Below, one piece after another: positions 39,501 to 51,413 of a stretch of DNA of 64,000 nt; position 1 is the first letter of the stretch, and each line of letters begins with the position of its first letter. The position numbers and the translations under genes were made by a program. The notes below the pieces were generated by a model. That model was not told the origin of the DNA and searched no databases. It was given only the letters and a program-made list of their open reading frames with translations. The stretch lies in assembly GCF_013122565.1 (NCBI RefSeq), contig NZ_CP053258.1. One strand, 5' to 3'. Source of the stretch: Escherichia coli. GTDB lineage: Bacteria > Pseudomonadota > Gammaproteobacteria > Enterobacterales > Enterobacteriaceae.

Positions 39501-39797
39501 CAAATCGCACAGCAACTGTTTAGTGAAATGAAACAGTGGGCGCAAGAGATGGCGAAAACCAGTATCGAAGCGGATTTCTTTGCCGTCTCGCAACCTGACT
39601 TGTTGTCGCTGTATGGCGATTTACAACAGCAGCATAAAGAAAAATGCCTGATGGTGGCGATGCTGGCGTCCGCGGGACTCGGGGAGGTTGCGCAATATGA
39701 GTCTGCTCGCGCTGAATTGACGGCGATTAATCCGGCCTGGCCGAAAGCGGCATTATTCACCACTGTGATGCCTTTTATTTTTAACTACGTTCACTAA
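36516..39797 (+). CDS. yphG: Large uncharacterised protein with C-terminal TPR-like repeats
   Basis: ORF track 36423..39797; ATG at 36516 preceded by GAGGG RBS gives 1093 aa; no signal peptide evident; function unknown. Confidence 0.85.
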   Translation: MTPVKVWQERVEIPTYETGPQDIHPMFLENRVYQGSSGAVYPYGVTDTLSEQKTLKSWQAVWLENDYIKVMILPELGGRVHRAWDKVKQRDFVYHNEVIKPALVGLLGPWISGGIEFNWPQHHRPTTFMPVDFTLEAHEDGAQTVWVGETEPMHGLQVMTGFTLRPDRAALEIASRVYNGNATPRHFLWWANPAVKGGEGHQSVFPPDVTAVFDHGKRAVSAFPIATGTYYKVDYSAGVDISRYKNVPVPTSYMAEKSQYDFVGAWCHDEDGGLLHVANHHIAPGKKQWSWGHSEFGQAWDKSLTDNNGPYIELMTGIFADNQPDFTWLDAYEEKRFEQYFLPYHSLGMVQNASRDAVIKLQRSERGIEWGLYAISPLNGYRLAIREIGKCNALLDDAVALMPATAIQGVLHGINPERLTIELSDADGNIVLSYQEHQPQELPLPDVAKAPLAAQDITSTDEAWFIGQHLEQYHHASRSPFDYYLRGVALDPLDYRCNLALAMLEYNRADFPQAVAYATQALKRAHALNKNPQCGQASLIRASAYERQGQYQQAEEDFWRAVWSGNSKAGGYYGLARLAARNGNFDAGLDFCQQSLRACPTNQEVLCLHNLLLVLSGRQDNARLQREKLLRDYPLNATLWWLNWFDGRSESALAQWRGLCQGRDVNALMTAGQLINWGMPTLAAEMLNALDCQRTLPLYLQASLLPKAERGELVAKAIDVFPQFVRFPNTLEEVAALESIEECWFARHLLACFYYNKRSYNKAIALWQRCEEMSPEFADGWRGLAIHAWNKQHDYELAARYLDNAYQLAPQDARLLFERDLLDKLSGATPEKRLARLENNLEIALKRDDMTAELLNLWHLTGQADKAADILATRKFHPWEGGEGKVTSQFILNQLLRAWQHLDARQPQQASELLHAALHYPENLSEGRLPGQTDNDIWFWQAICANAQGDETEATRCLRLAATGDRTINIHSYYNDQPVDYLFWQGMALRLLGEQQIAQQLFSEMKQWAQEMAKTSIEADFFAVSQPDLLSLYGDLQQQHKEKCLMVAMLASAGLGEVAQYESARAELTAINPAWPKAALFTTVMPFIFNYVH

Positions 39798-39893
39798 ACC
39801 CTATTAACTGTAATATTTGAGCGGCACGCGCTGCCGCTCATCACAAAATAATTAGAATAAGCCGTTGTTAATAAAAACCCTACAGGAGGCTCT

Positions 39894-40877
39894 ATGCCTA
39901 AAAAAATGAGAACAACCCGTAATCTATTATTAATGGCTACGCTATTAGGTAGCGCTTTATTTGCCAGGGCTGCGGATAAAGAAATGACCATTGGCGCAAT
40001 ATACCTTGATACTCAGGGATATTACGCTGGAGTGCGTCAGGGCGTTCAGGATGCGGCAAAAGATTCTTCAGTACAGGTACAGTTAATTGAAACTAACGCC
40101 CAGGGTGATATTTCGAAAGAAAGTACCTTTGTTGATACCCTCGTGGCGCGTAATGTCGATGCTATTATTTTATCGGCAGTGTCTGAAAATGGCAGTAGCC
40201 GTACCGTTCGTCGCGCCAGTGAAGCGGGTATTCCGGTGATTTGCTACAACACCTGTATTAATCAAAAGGGTGTCGATAAATATGTCTCGGCATATCTGGT
40301 GGGTGACCCGCTGGAATTTGGTAAAAAACTGGGTAACGCTGCCGCCGATTATTTTATTGCCAACAAAATTGACCAGCCGAAAATTGCCGTCATCAATTGC
40401 GAAGCCTTTGAAGTTTGTGTGCAACGACGTAAAGGGTTTGAAGAAGTATTAAAAGCCCGCGTTCCCGGCGCGCAAATTGTCGCTAATCAGGAAGGGACTG
40501 TTTTAGATAAAGCGATTTCCGTTGGTGAAAAACTAATTATCTCTACGCCGGATCTCAACGCCATTATGGGAGAATCGGGCGGTGCGACACTCGGCGCGGT
40601 AAAAGCGGTACGTAATCAAAATCAGGCAGGAAAAATTGCCGTTTTCGGTTCGGATATGACAACCGAAATTGCTCAGGAGCTGGAAAACAATCAGGTGCTG
40701 AAAGCGGTAGTGGATATTTCCGGTAAGAAAATGGGCAATGCTGTTTTCGCGCAAACATTGAAGGTTATCAATAAACAAGCCGACGGTGAAAAAGTGATTC
40801 AGGTGCCAATCGATCTCTATACCAAAACGGAAGACGGTAAACAGTGGCTGGCAACGCACGTTGATGGTCTGCCCTAA
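39894..40877 (+). CDS. yphF: ABC transporter periplasmic sugar-binding protein (RbsB-like)
   Basis: 327-aa ORF with signal peptide MPKKMRTTRNLLLMATLLGSALFARA and periplasmic-binding-protein fold. Confidence 0.88.
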   Translation: MPKKMRTTRNLLLMATLLGSALFARAADKEMTIGAIYLDTQGYYAGVRQGVQDAAKDSSVQVQLIETNAQGDISKESTFVDTLVARNVDAIILSAVSENGSSRTVRRASEAGIPVICYNTCINQKGVDKYVSAYLVGDPLEFGKKLGNAAADYFIANKIDQPKIAVINCEAFEVCVQRRKGFEEVLKARVPGAQIVANQEGTVLDKAISVGEKLIISTPDLNAIMGESGGATLGAVKAVRNQNQAGKIAVFGSDMTTEIAQELENNQVLKAVVDISGKKMGNAVFAQTLKVINKQADGEKVIQVPIDLYTKTEDGKQWLATHVDGLP

Positions 40878-40899
40878 TCGCTGATTCGCAGAGGTCCCT

Positions 40900-42411
40900 A
40901 TGTTCACGGCAACAGAGGCAGTCCCGGTAGCAAAAGTGGTGGCAGGAAATAAGCGTTATCCCGGCGTCGTTGCGTTGGATAACGTTAACTTCACGCTCAA
41001 TAAAGGCGAGGTTCGTGCGCTGTTAGGCAAAAACGGCGCGGGCAAATCGACCCTCATTCGAATGCTTACCGGTAGCGAACGTCCGGATAGCGGTGATATC
41101 TGGATTGGCGAGACGCGACTGGAAGGCGACGAAGCTACGCTGACTCGCCGTGCCGCTGAACTGGGGGTTCGTGCGGTTTATCAGGAGTTAAGTCTGGTGG
41201 AAGGGCTGACGGTGGCGGAAAACCTCTGCCTCGGTCAGTGGCCCCGCCACAACGGCATGATTGATTACCTGCAAATGGCGCAGGATGCCCAACGTTGCTT
41301 ACAGGCGCTGGGCGTTGACGTTAGTCCTGAACAACTTGTTTCAACACTAAGCCCGGCGCATAAGCAGCTGGTGGAAATTGCGCGGGTGATGAAGGGCGAG
41401 CCGCGCGTGGTCATTCTTGATGAACCTACCAGTTCGCTTGCGAGTGCGGAAGTTGAACTGGTGATCAGCGCGGTGAAAAAGATGTCGGCACTGGGCGTGG
41501 CGGTGATTTATGTCAGCCACCGGATGGAAGAAATTCGCCGCATTGCCTCCTGTGCCACCGTTATGCGCGACGGGCAGGTGGCTGGCGATGTGATGCTCGA
41601 AAACACTTCCACGCATCATATTGTGTCGCTAATGCTAGGGCGCGATCACGTTGATATTGCGCCGGTTGCACCTCAGGAAATTGTGGATCAGGCCGTGCTG
41701 GAAGTCCGTGCGTTACGCCATAAGCCCAAGCTGGAGGATATCAGTTTTACGCTACGTCGTGGCGAAGTGCTCGGCATTGCTGGTCTGCTGGGGGCAGGGC
41801 GCAGTGAATTGCTAAAGGCGATAGTTGGGCTGGAGACATATGAACAGGGCGAAATTGTTATCAACGGCGAGAAAATCACTCGCCCCGATTACGGCGACAT
41901 GCTGAAACGCGGCATTGGCTATACGCCAGAAAACCGCAAAGAAGCGGGGATCATTCCCTGGTTGGGCGTTGACGAAAATACAGTGCTGACCAATCGGCAA
42001 AAAATCAGCGCCAACGGTGTGCTGCAATGGTCCACCATCCGCCGCCTGACCGAAGAGGTGATGCAGCGGATGACGGTCAAGGCCGCCAGTAGTGAAACGC
42101 CCATCGGTACGCTTTCTGGCGGCAATCAGCAAAAAGTGGTGATCGGTCGTTGGGTCTATGCCGCCAGCCAGATTTTGTTGCTCGACGAGCCAACGCGCGG
42201 CGTCGATATCGAAGCCAAACAGCAGATTTACCGTATTGTCCGTGAGCTGGCTGCCGAAGGAAAAAGCGTGGTGTTTATCTCCAGTGAAGTGGAGGAGTTG
42301 CCGCTGGTGTGTGACCGCATCCTGTTATTACAGCACGGCACGTTCTCGCAGGAGTTTCACGCTCCGGTCAATGTGGATGAGCTGATGTCCGCCATTCTGT
42401 CTGTGCACTGA
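40900..42411 (+). CDS. yphE: ABC transporter ATP-binding protein with duplicated ATPase domains (RbsA/MglA-like)
   Basis: 503-aa ORF with two Walker A motifs (GKNGAGKST, GLLGAGRSE) and two LSGGxQ signature motifs. Confidence 0.9.
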   Translation: MFTATEAVPVAKVVAGNKRYPGVVALDNVNFTLNKGEVRALLGKNGAGKSTLIRMLTGSERPDSGDIWIGETRLEGDEATLTRRAAELGVRAVYQELSLVEGLTVAENLCLGQWPRHNGMIDYLQMAQDAQRCLQALGVDVSPEQLVSTLSPAHKQLVEIARVMKGEPRVVILDEPTSSLASAEVELVISAVKKMSALGVAVIYVSHRMEEIRRIASCATVMRDGQVAGDVMLENTSTHHIVSLMLGRDHVDIAPVAPQEIVDQAVLEVRALRHKPKLEDISFTLRRGEVLGIAGLLGAGRSELLKAIVGLETYEQGEIVINGEKITRPDYGDMLKRGIGYTPENRKEAGIIPWLGVDENTVLTNRQKISANGVLQWSTIRRLTEEVMQRMTVKAASSETPIGTLSGGNQQKVVIGRWVYAASQILLLDEPTRGVDIEAKQQIYRIVRELAAEGKSVVFISSEVEELPLVCDRILLLQHGTFSQEFHAPVNVDELMSAILSVH

Positions 42412-42434
42412 TGAATTTTACCGAGGAACCTAAG

Positions 42435-43433
42435 ATGTCTGCTTCGTCATTACCATTGCCGCAGGGCAAGAGCGTCTCGCTCAAACTATTTGTCAGTCGC
42501 CATATTAATGAGATCGGTTTGCTGGTGGTGATTGCCATTCTTTATCTGGTCTTCTCCCTGAACGCGCCTGGCTTTATCTCATTGAATAACCAGATGAACG
42601 TGCTGCGCGATGCCGCCACCATTGGGATTGCCGCCTGGGCGATGACGCTGATTATTATCTCCGGTGAAATTGATGTCAGCGTTGGGCCGATGGTGGCTTT
42701 TGTCTCGGTGTGCCTGGCATTTTTGCTGCAATTTGAAGTTCCGCTGGCGGTGGCGTGTCTGCTGGTGTTGCTGTTAGGCGCGCTGATGGGAACGCTGGCC
42801 GGGGTGCTGCGCGGCGTGTTTAACGTACCAAGTTTCGTTGCCACACTGGGGCTGTGGAGCGCCCTGCGCGGAATGGGGCTGTTTATGACCAACGCACTGC
42901 CAGTGCCGATTGACGAAAACGAGGTGCTGGACTGGCTGGGCGGACAATTTCTCGGTGTGCCGGTATCCGCGCTGATCATGATGGTGCTGTTTGCGCTGTT
43001 TGTGTTCATTAGCCGAAAAACCGCCTTCGGGCGCTCGGTTTTTGCCGTTGGCGGTAATGCCACGGCGGCGCAGTTGTGCGGTATTAACGTTCGTCGGGTA
43101 CGCATTCTTATCTTTACCCTTTCGGGATTATTAGCGGCGGTGACCGGCATTTTGTTGGCGGCGCGCCTCGGTTCTGGTAACGCAGGTGCCGCAAACGGTC
43201 TGGAGTTTGACGTCATCGCCGCGGTCGTGGTCGGCGGTACGGCACTTTCCGGTGGTCGCGGCTCGTTGTTCGGTACGCTGCTTGGCGTACTGGTGATTAC
43301 GCTAATCGGTAACGGTCTGGTGCTGCTCGGGATTAACTCCTTTTTCCAGCAGGTGGTGCGCGGCGTCATCATCGTGGTGGCGGTGCTGGCGAATATCTTG
43401 CTGACCCAGCGTAGCAGTAAAGCGAAACGCTAA
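42435..43433 (+). CDS. yphD: ABC transporter permease (RbsC-like)
   Basis: ORF track 42411..43433; ATG at 42435 with GAGGAA RBS gives 332 aa; multi-pass hydrophobic protein. Confidence 0.88.
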   Translation: MSASSLPLPQGKSVSLKLFVSRHINEIGLLVVIAILYLVFSLNAPGFISLNNQMNVLRDAATIGIAAWAMTLIIISGEIDVSVGPMVAFVSVCLAFLLQFEVPLAVACLLVLLLGALMGTLAGVLRGVFNVPSFVATLGLWSALRGMGLFMTNALPVPIDENEVLDWLGGQFLGVPVSALIMMVLFALFVFISRKTAFGRSVFAVGGNATAAQLCGINVRRVRILIFTLSGLLAAVTGILLAARLGSGNAGAANGLEFDVIAAVVVGGTALSGGRGSLFGTLLGVLVITLIGNGLVLLGINSFFQQVVRGVIIVVAVLANILLTQRSSKAKR

Positions 43434-43498
43434 ACCTTAACGCCCCTGGCGCGGGTGCGGCAGGGATGAAAATTAATCGTATTGTTAATGAGGGATTT

Positions 43499-44560
43499 AT
43501 GAAAACGATGCTGGCAGCTTATTTACCAGGAAATTCGACCGTCGATCTGCGGGAAGTTGCGGTGCCGACGCCGGGGATTAACCAGGTACTGATCAAAATG
43601 AAATCCTCCGGGATTTGCGGAAGCGATGTCCACTATATCTACCATCAACACCGCGCCACGGCGGCGGCGCCCGATAAACCGTTATACCAGGGCTTTATCA
43701 ACGGTCATGAGCCGTGCGGGCAAATTGTGGCGATGGGGCAAGGCTGCCGCCATTTTAAAGAGGGCGACCGCGTGCTGGTGTATCACATTTCTGGCTGTGG
43801 TTTTTGCCCGAACTGCCGTCGCGGTTTTCCTATATCTTGTACTGGCGAAGGAAAAGCGGCTTACGGCTGGCAGCGTGACGGCGGTCATGCCGAATATCTG
43901 CTGGCGGAAGAAAAAGATCTGATCCTCCTGCCGGATGCGCTGAGCTACGAAGATGGTGCGTTTATCAGTTGCGGCGTTGGCACGGCCTATGAAGGGATTT
44001 TACGCGGCGAAGTTTCCGGCAGCGATAACGTGCTGGTGGTCGGTCTGGGGCCGGTCGGCATGATGGCGATGATGCTGGCGAAAGGTCGCGGTGCAAAACG
44101 GATCATCGGCGTTGATATGCTGCCGGAACGTCTGGCGATGGCAAAACAGTTAGGGGTGATGGATCACGGTTATTTAGCGACCACCGAAGGTCTGCCGCAG
44201 ATAATTGCTGAACTTACCCACGGTGGCGCGGATGTTGCGCTCGATTGTTCCGGTAATGCCGCAGGTCGCTTGCTGGCACTGCAATCCACTGCTGACTGGG
44301 GGCGGGTGGTTTACATTGGTGAAACCGGAAAAGTGGAATTCGAGGTCAGCGCCGATCTGATGCACCATCAACGGCGGATTATTGGCTCCTGGGTGACCAG
44401 TCTGTTCCATATGGAAAAATGCGCCCACGATTTGACTGACTGGAAGCTGTGGCCGCGTAACGCCATTACCCATCGCTTCTCGCTGGAACAGGCAGGTGAT
44501 GCCTATGCGCTGATGGCGAGCGGCAAATGCGGGAAAGTTGTGATTAACTTCCCGGATTAA
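43499..44560 (+). CDS. yphC: Zinc-dependent alcohol/polyol dehydrogenase (MDR family)
   Basis: ORF track 43466..44560; ATG at 43499 (MKTMLAAYLPGN...) gives 353 aa; GHEPCG zinc motif and GLGPVG NAD-binding motif. Confidence 0.88.
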   Translation: MKTMLAAYLPGNSTVDLREVAVPTPGINQVLIKMKSSGICGSDVHYIYHQHRATAAAPDKPLYQGFINGHEPCGQIVAMGQGCRHFKEGDRVLVYHISGCGFCPNCRRGFPISCTGEGKAAYGWQRDGGHAEYLLAEEKDLILLPDALSYEDGAFISCGVGTAYEGILRGEVSGSDNVLVVGLGPVGMMAMMLAKGRGAKRIIGVDMLPERLAMAKQLGVMDHGYLATTEGLPQIIAELTHGGADVALDCSGNAAGRLLALQSTADWGRVVYIGETGKVEFEVSADLMHHQRRIIGSWVTSLFHMEKCAHDLTDWKLWPRNAITHRFSLEQAGDAYALMASGKCGKVVINFPD

Positions 44561-44571
44561 GGAGTTAGCGG

Positions 44572-45444
44572 ATGACCATCTATACCTTATCCCACGGGTC
44601 GCTAAAGCTGGGCGTTTCTGACCAGGGCGGCGTAATCGAAGGCTTCTGGCGCGATACGACGCCGCTCTTACGTCCTGGTAAAAAAAACGGTGTGGCAACC
44701 GATGCCTCCTGTTTTCCGCTGGTGCCGTTTGCAAACCGGGTGAGCGGTAACCGTTTTGTCTGGCAGGGGCGTGAGTATCAACTGCAACCGAATGTTGAAT
44801 GGGATGCGCACTATCTGCACGGCGATGGCTGGCTGGTCGAGTGGCAATGTGTCTCGCACAGCGATGATAGTTTGTGTCTGGTGTATGAACATCGCAGCGG
44901 TGTCTATCACTATCGGGTAAGTCAGGCGTTTCATTTAACGGCGGATACGCTGACGGTGACGCTCTCTGTCACCAATCAAGGGGCAGAGACGCTGCCATTT
45001 GGTACCGGCTGGCATCCTTATTTTCCGTTGTCGCCGCAAACGCGGATTCAGGCACAGGCGAGCGGTTACTGGCTGGAGCGGGAGCAGTGGCTGGCGGGTG
45101 AGTTTTGCGAGCAGCTACCGCAAGAATTGGATTTTAACCAGCTCGCGCCGTTGCCGCGCCAGTGGGTGAACAATGGTTTTGCCGGATGGAATGGTCAGGC
45201 CCGCATCGAGCAGCCGCAGGAGGGTTATGCCATCATCATAGAAACGACGCCATCTGCACCGTGTTATTTCATCTTTGTTTCCGACCCGGCGTTTGATAAA
45301 GGATATGCGTTTGATTTCTTCTGTCTGGAGCCGATGAGCCATGCGCCGGATGACCATCATCGCCCGGAAGGGGGGGACCTCATTGCGCTTGCGCCGGGGG
45401 AATCAACAACCTCAGAGATGTCGTTGCGGGTAGAGTGGCTGTAA
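44572..45444 (+). CDS. yphB: Aldose 1-epimerase family protein (mutarotase-like)
   Basis: 290-aa ORF MTIYTLSHGSLKLGVSDQGGVIEGFW.... Confidence 0.85.
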   Translation: MTIYTLSHGSLKLGVSDQGGVIEGFWRDTTPLLRPGKKNGVATDASCFPLVPFANRVSGNRFVWQGREYQLQPNVEWDAHYLHGDGWLVEWQCVSHSDDSLCLVYEHRSGVYHYRVSQAFHLTADTLTVTLSVTNQGAETLPFGTGWHPYFPLSPQTRIQAQASGYWLEREQWLAGEFCEQLPQELDFNQLAPLPRQWVNNGFAGWNGQARIEQPQEGYAIIIETTPSAPCYFIFVSDPAFDKGYAFDFFCLEPMSHAPDDHHRPEGGDLIALAPGESTTSEMSLRVEWL

Positions 45445-45454
45445 TTTATAAAAT

Positions 45455-45484
45455 GCCGGATAAGGCGTTCACGCCGCATCCGGC
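45455..45484. repeat. REP element between yphB and yphA
   Basis: GCCGGATAAGGCGTTCACGCCGCATCCGGC canonical REP palindrome. Confidence 0.85.
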
Positions 45485-45491
45485 ATCTTTC

Positions 45492-45914
45492 CTAACGGCG
45501 ATCGAGAGAAATTGCCCCCGGCCCGGTAATTGCCAATAGCAAGAACGCGCCAGCGATACTGACATTCTTCCAGAAATTAATCATATTTGGCCCGACGGCA
45601 TCGCCGGTCATATCCCAGTAATGGTGACCAATCACCGCCGTACCCAGCGTGTAGAAAATAAACAGTACCGCCAGCGGACGGGTGAAAAAGCCAAGCACGA
45701 TTAATATCGCGGCGGGCACTTCCATAACTACCGCAATAATCGCTGCCAGCATCGGCATCGGTGCGCCCAGCGAGGCCATATATTGGACCGTACCGTCAAA
45801 GCCCATCATTTTGGGAAAACCAAAAATAATGAAAATTAGGACCACGGCGATACGGGCAATTAATAACAAAACGGGGCGGGCAGCACCAAAATCAAAATAA
45901 CGTAGTGAGTTCAT
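45492..45914 (-). CDS. yphA: DoxX-family inner membrane protein
   Basis: ORF track 45492..45959; ATG at 45914 ([28 protein letters not shown]...) gives 140 aa; four hydrophobic segments. Confidence 0.85.
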   Translation of the reverse strand: MNSLRYFDFGAARPVLLLIARIAVVLIFIIFGFPKMMGFDGTVQYMASLGAPMPMLAAIIAVVMEVPAAILIVLGFFTRPLAVLFIFYTLGTAVIGHHYWDMTGDAVGPNMINFWKNVSIAGAFLLLAITGPGAISLDRR

Positions 45915-46010
45915 AACCAATCCCTTTGCAAGATAATGTGATTTAAACGTAATACACACTCTGGTACCTCGCCACGCCCCAAGCGTTGAGATATTCGCTA
46001 ATTATCCTGG

Positions 46011-47222
<1,212 letters not shown>

Positions 47223-48035
47223 TTAAAGATCCAGCCCAGCCGCTACGTGGCGAATGCCGCGAATCGCTAAACCCGCATCAGCGTTGATCATCACACCGCT
47301 TAATGCGCGATTATTGCGCCGCGATGCCAACATCACATACGGACCCGTAAAATCAGCCGGTTGCGGGAAAAATTGCAGCGGTAAAATGGCGGCAATTTTC
47401 TCCGGCGTCAGAGACTGCATTATTGAGGTTTCACTTTGCCCGAGCGCCTGTGGGCCGCGCAGGTCGCTGGCCATACCACAAGGGCCGACGCCATTCACCC
47501 GTACTTTCGGAGCCAGTTCATAAGCCAGTTGGCGAATAAGTCCGGTTGCGGCATGTTTACTGGCGGTGTACAGCGGGCCACCGCCGCCGGGATACCAGGC
47601 GGCATTTGATAGTGTGAAAATCATGCTGCCTTCACCGGCGATTAACGCCGGAGCGCAGGCTTTTGCACCCAGCAGGTAACCGAGTACGTTGACGTTAAAC
47701 AGCTCGTGGAAGCCGGTTTCGAGCGTCTCTGCGGGAGTATTAACCAGTGAGGCATTGTGATCCCAGATGCCCGCATTGCCGATAAAACAATCCAGCTTGC
47801 CGGAACGAGTCAGGATCTGATCGACCGCGCGTTGATAATCGGCATAACAGGTCACGTTGCCTTCCACCGCCAGAATATGTTCACCAAATCGCTGACGCAG
47901 ACTGGCGACTTTCGCCGCCGACAGTTCCAGCGTGGCAACCTGCGCGCCTTCTTCGATAAATCGCTCGACCAGCGCCAGCCCTAATCCCGATCCGCCGCCG
48001 GTAATAAAAATGGACTCGTTATGCAGATCGCTCAT
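47223..48035 (-). CDS. hcaB: 3-phenylpropionate-dihydrodiol dehydrogenase (SDR family)
   Basis: 270-aa ORF with TGGGSGLG cofactor-binding motif. Confidence 0.93.
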   Translation of the reverse strand: MSDLHNESIFITGGGSGLGLALVERFIEEGAQVATLELSAAKVASLRQRFGEHILAVEGNVTCYADYQRAVDQILTRSGKLDCFIGNAGIWDHNASLVNTPAETLETGFHELFNVNVLGYLLGAKACAPALIAGEGSMIFTLSNAAWYPGGGGPLYTASKHAATGLIRQLAYELAPKVRVNGVGPCGMASDLRGPQALGQSETSIMQSLTPEKIAAILPLQFFPQPADFTGPYVMLASRRNNRALSGVMINADAGLAIRGIRHVAAGLDL

Positions 48036-48351
48036 GGCTGCGCCTCCGGTAAGTCGATGAAAATGTCACCACCTTCAACGTGTACTGGATAAGTGGTGAG
48101 CGGATCGGTGGCGGGCAGGCATAACGCTTTCCCCGTTTTCAGGCAAAAACTGGCGGCGTGTAGCGGGCACTCCACCGTGGCGTCATCTTCCAGATACCCT
48201 TCTGACATAGACGCATTACCATGGCTGCAACGATCGTTAATGGCATAAAACTCGCCGCCAACGTTGAACAGGGCGATGACGGGCGAGGTATCGATCCGGA
48301 GAGCCTCACCCTCCGGCACATCCGCAACGGGACACGCATAAATTCGATTCA

Positions 48352-48352
<1 letters not shown>
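48032..48352 (-). CDS. hcaC: Rieske-type ferredoxin of 3-phenylpropionate dioxygenase
   Basis: 106-aa ORF with Rieske CxH...CxxH motifs (CSHGN, CPLHA). Confidence 0.93.
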
Positions 48353-50264
<1,912 letters not shown>

Positions 50265-50363
50265 CTATTTTTGTGCCATAAGGATGTTGCTGGTTGGTTG
50301 CTAATATGTGAAATAGTTAATTTCTACCAGCTGAGACGTTTTTTCGATAACAAGGGGAAGGTG

Positions 50364-51254
50364 ATGGAACTACGACATTTACGCTATTTCGTCGCAGTGG
50401 CGCAGGCACTGAACTTTACCCGTGCGGCGGAAAAACTGCATACCTCACAGCCTTCGTTAAGCAGCCAGATCCGCGATCTTGAAAACTGTGTCGGTGTTCC
50501 GTTACTGGTGAGGGATAAGCGCAAAGTCGCGTTGACGGCGGCGGGAGAATGTTTTCTCCAGGACGCGCTGGCAATCCTCGAACAAGCGGAAAATGCCAAA
50601 TTACGGGCGCGGAAAATTGTTCAGGAAGACAGACAATTAACCATTGGCTTTGTGCCATCGGCGGAAGTGAATTTACTGCCAAAAGTATTACCGATGTTTC
50701 GTCTCAGACAGCCAGACACCTTGATTGAGCTGGTGAGTTTAATCACCACGCAACAGGAGGAAAAAATTCGCCGTGGTGAACTCGACGTCGGCTTAATGCG
50801 CCATCCTGTTTATAGCCCGGAGATTGATTATCTGGAGCTTTTTGACGAACCATTAGTGGTGGTGTTACCGGTTGATCACCCTTTAGCACATGAAAAAGAG
50901 ATCACCGCCGCGCAACTGGATGGCGTGAATTTCGTCAGTACCGATCCGGCGTATTCCGGTTCGCTTGCGCCGATCGTTAAAGCGTGGTTTGCGCAAGAAA
51001 ACAGCCAGCCAAATATCGTCCAGGTGGCAACGAATATTCTGGTGACCATGAATCTGGTGGGCATGGGGCTGGGCGTCACTTTGATACCCGGTTATATGAA
51101 TAATTTTAATACCGGGCAGGTTGTTTTTCGTCCCATTGCCGGAAATGTGCCTTCCATTGCTTTACTGATGGCGTGGAGGAAAGGGGAGATGAAGCCGGCA
51201 TTACGCGATTTCATCGCCATTGTGCAGGAACGTTTGGCAAGCGTAACGGCATAA
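50364..51254 (+). CDS. hcaR: LysR-family activator of the hca operon
   Basis: ORF track 50271..51254; ATG at 50364 (MELRHLRYFVAVAQALNFTRAAEKLH...) gives 296 aa; divergent from hcaE. Confidence 0.93.
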   Translation: MELRHLRYFVAVAQALNFTRAAEKLHTSQPSLSSQIRDLENCVGVPLLVRDKRKVALTAAGECFLQDALAILEQAENAKLRARKIVQEDRQLTIGFVPSAEVNLLPKVLPMFRLRQPDTLIELVSLITTQQEEKIRRGELDVGLMRHPVYSPEIDYLELFDEPLVVVLPVDHPLAHEKEITAAQLDGVNFVSTDPAYSGSLAPIVKAWFAQENSQPNIVQVATNILVTMNLVGMGLGVTLIPGYMNNFNTGQVVFRPIAGNVPSIALLMAWRKGEMKPALRDFIAIVQERLASVTA

Positions 51255-51413
51255 TTACGCATTATTTTTGCAACATGCGTCGCGGATCGCAGTTTTTTAG
51301 TGCTTGTGAACTGGCGTTACAGACATCGGGAAGCAGACTCGAATATTCTTATTTTTCAACTTGCACCAACATTCGATTAACCCCAGACTAACGCCTCCTG
51401 ACGGGAGGGACTC

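Noticed and set aside
42542-43372. 276-aa minus-strand ORF antisense to yphD
   Set aside because: Ser/Thr/Pro/Ala-rich low-complexity translation opposite a membrane permease gene; a classic shadow ORF.
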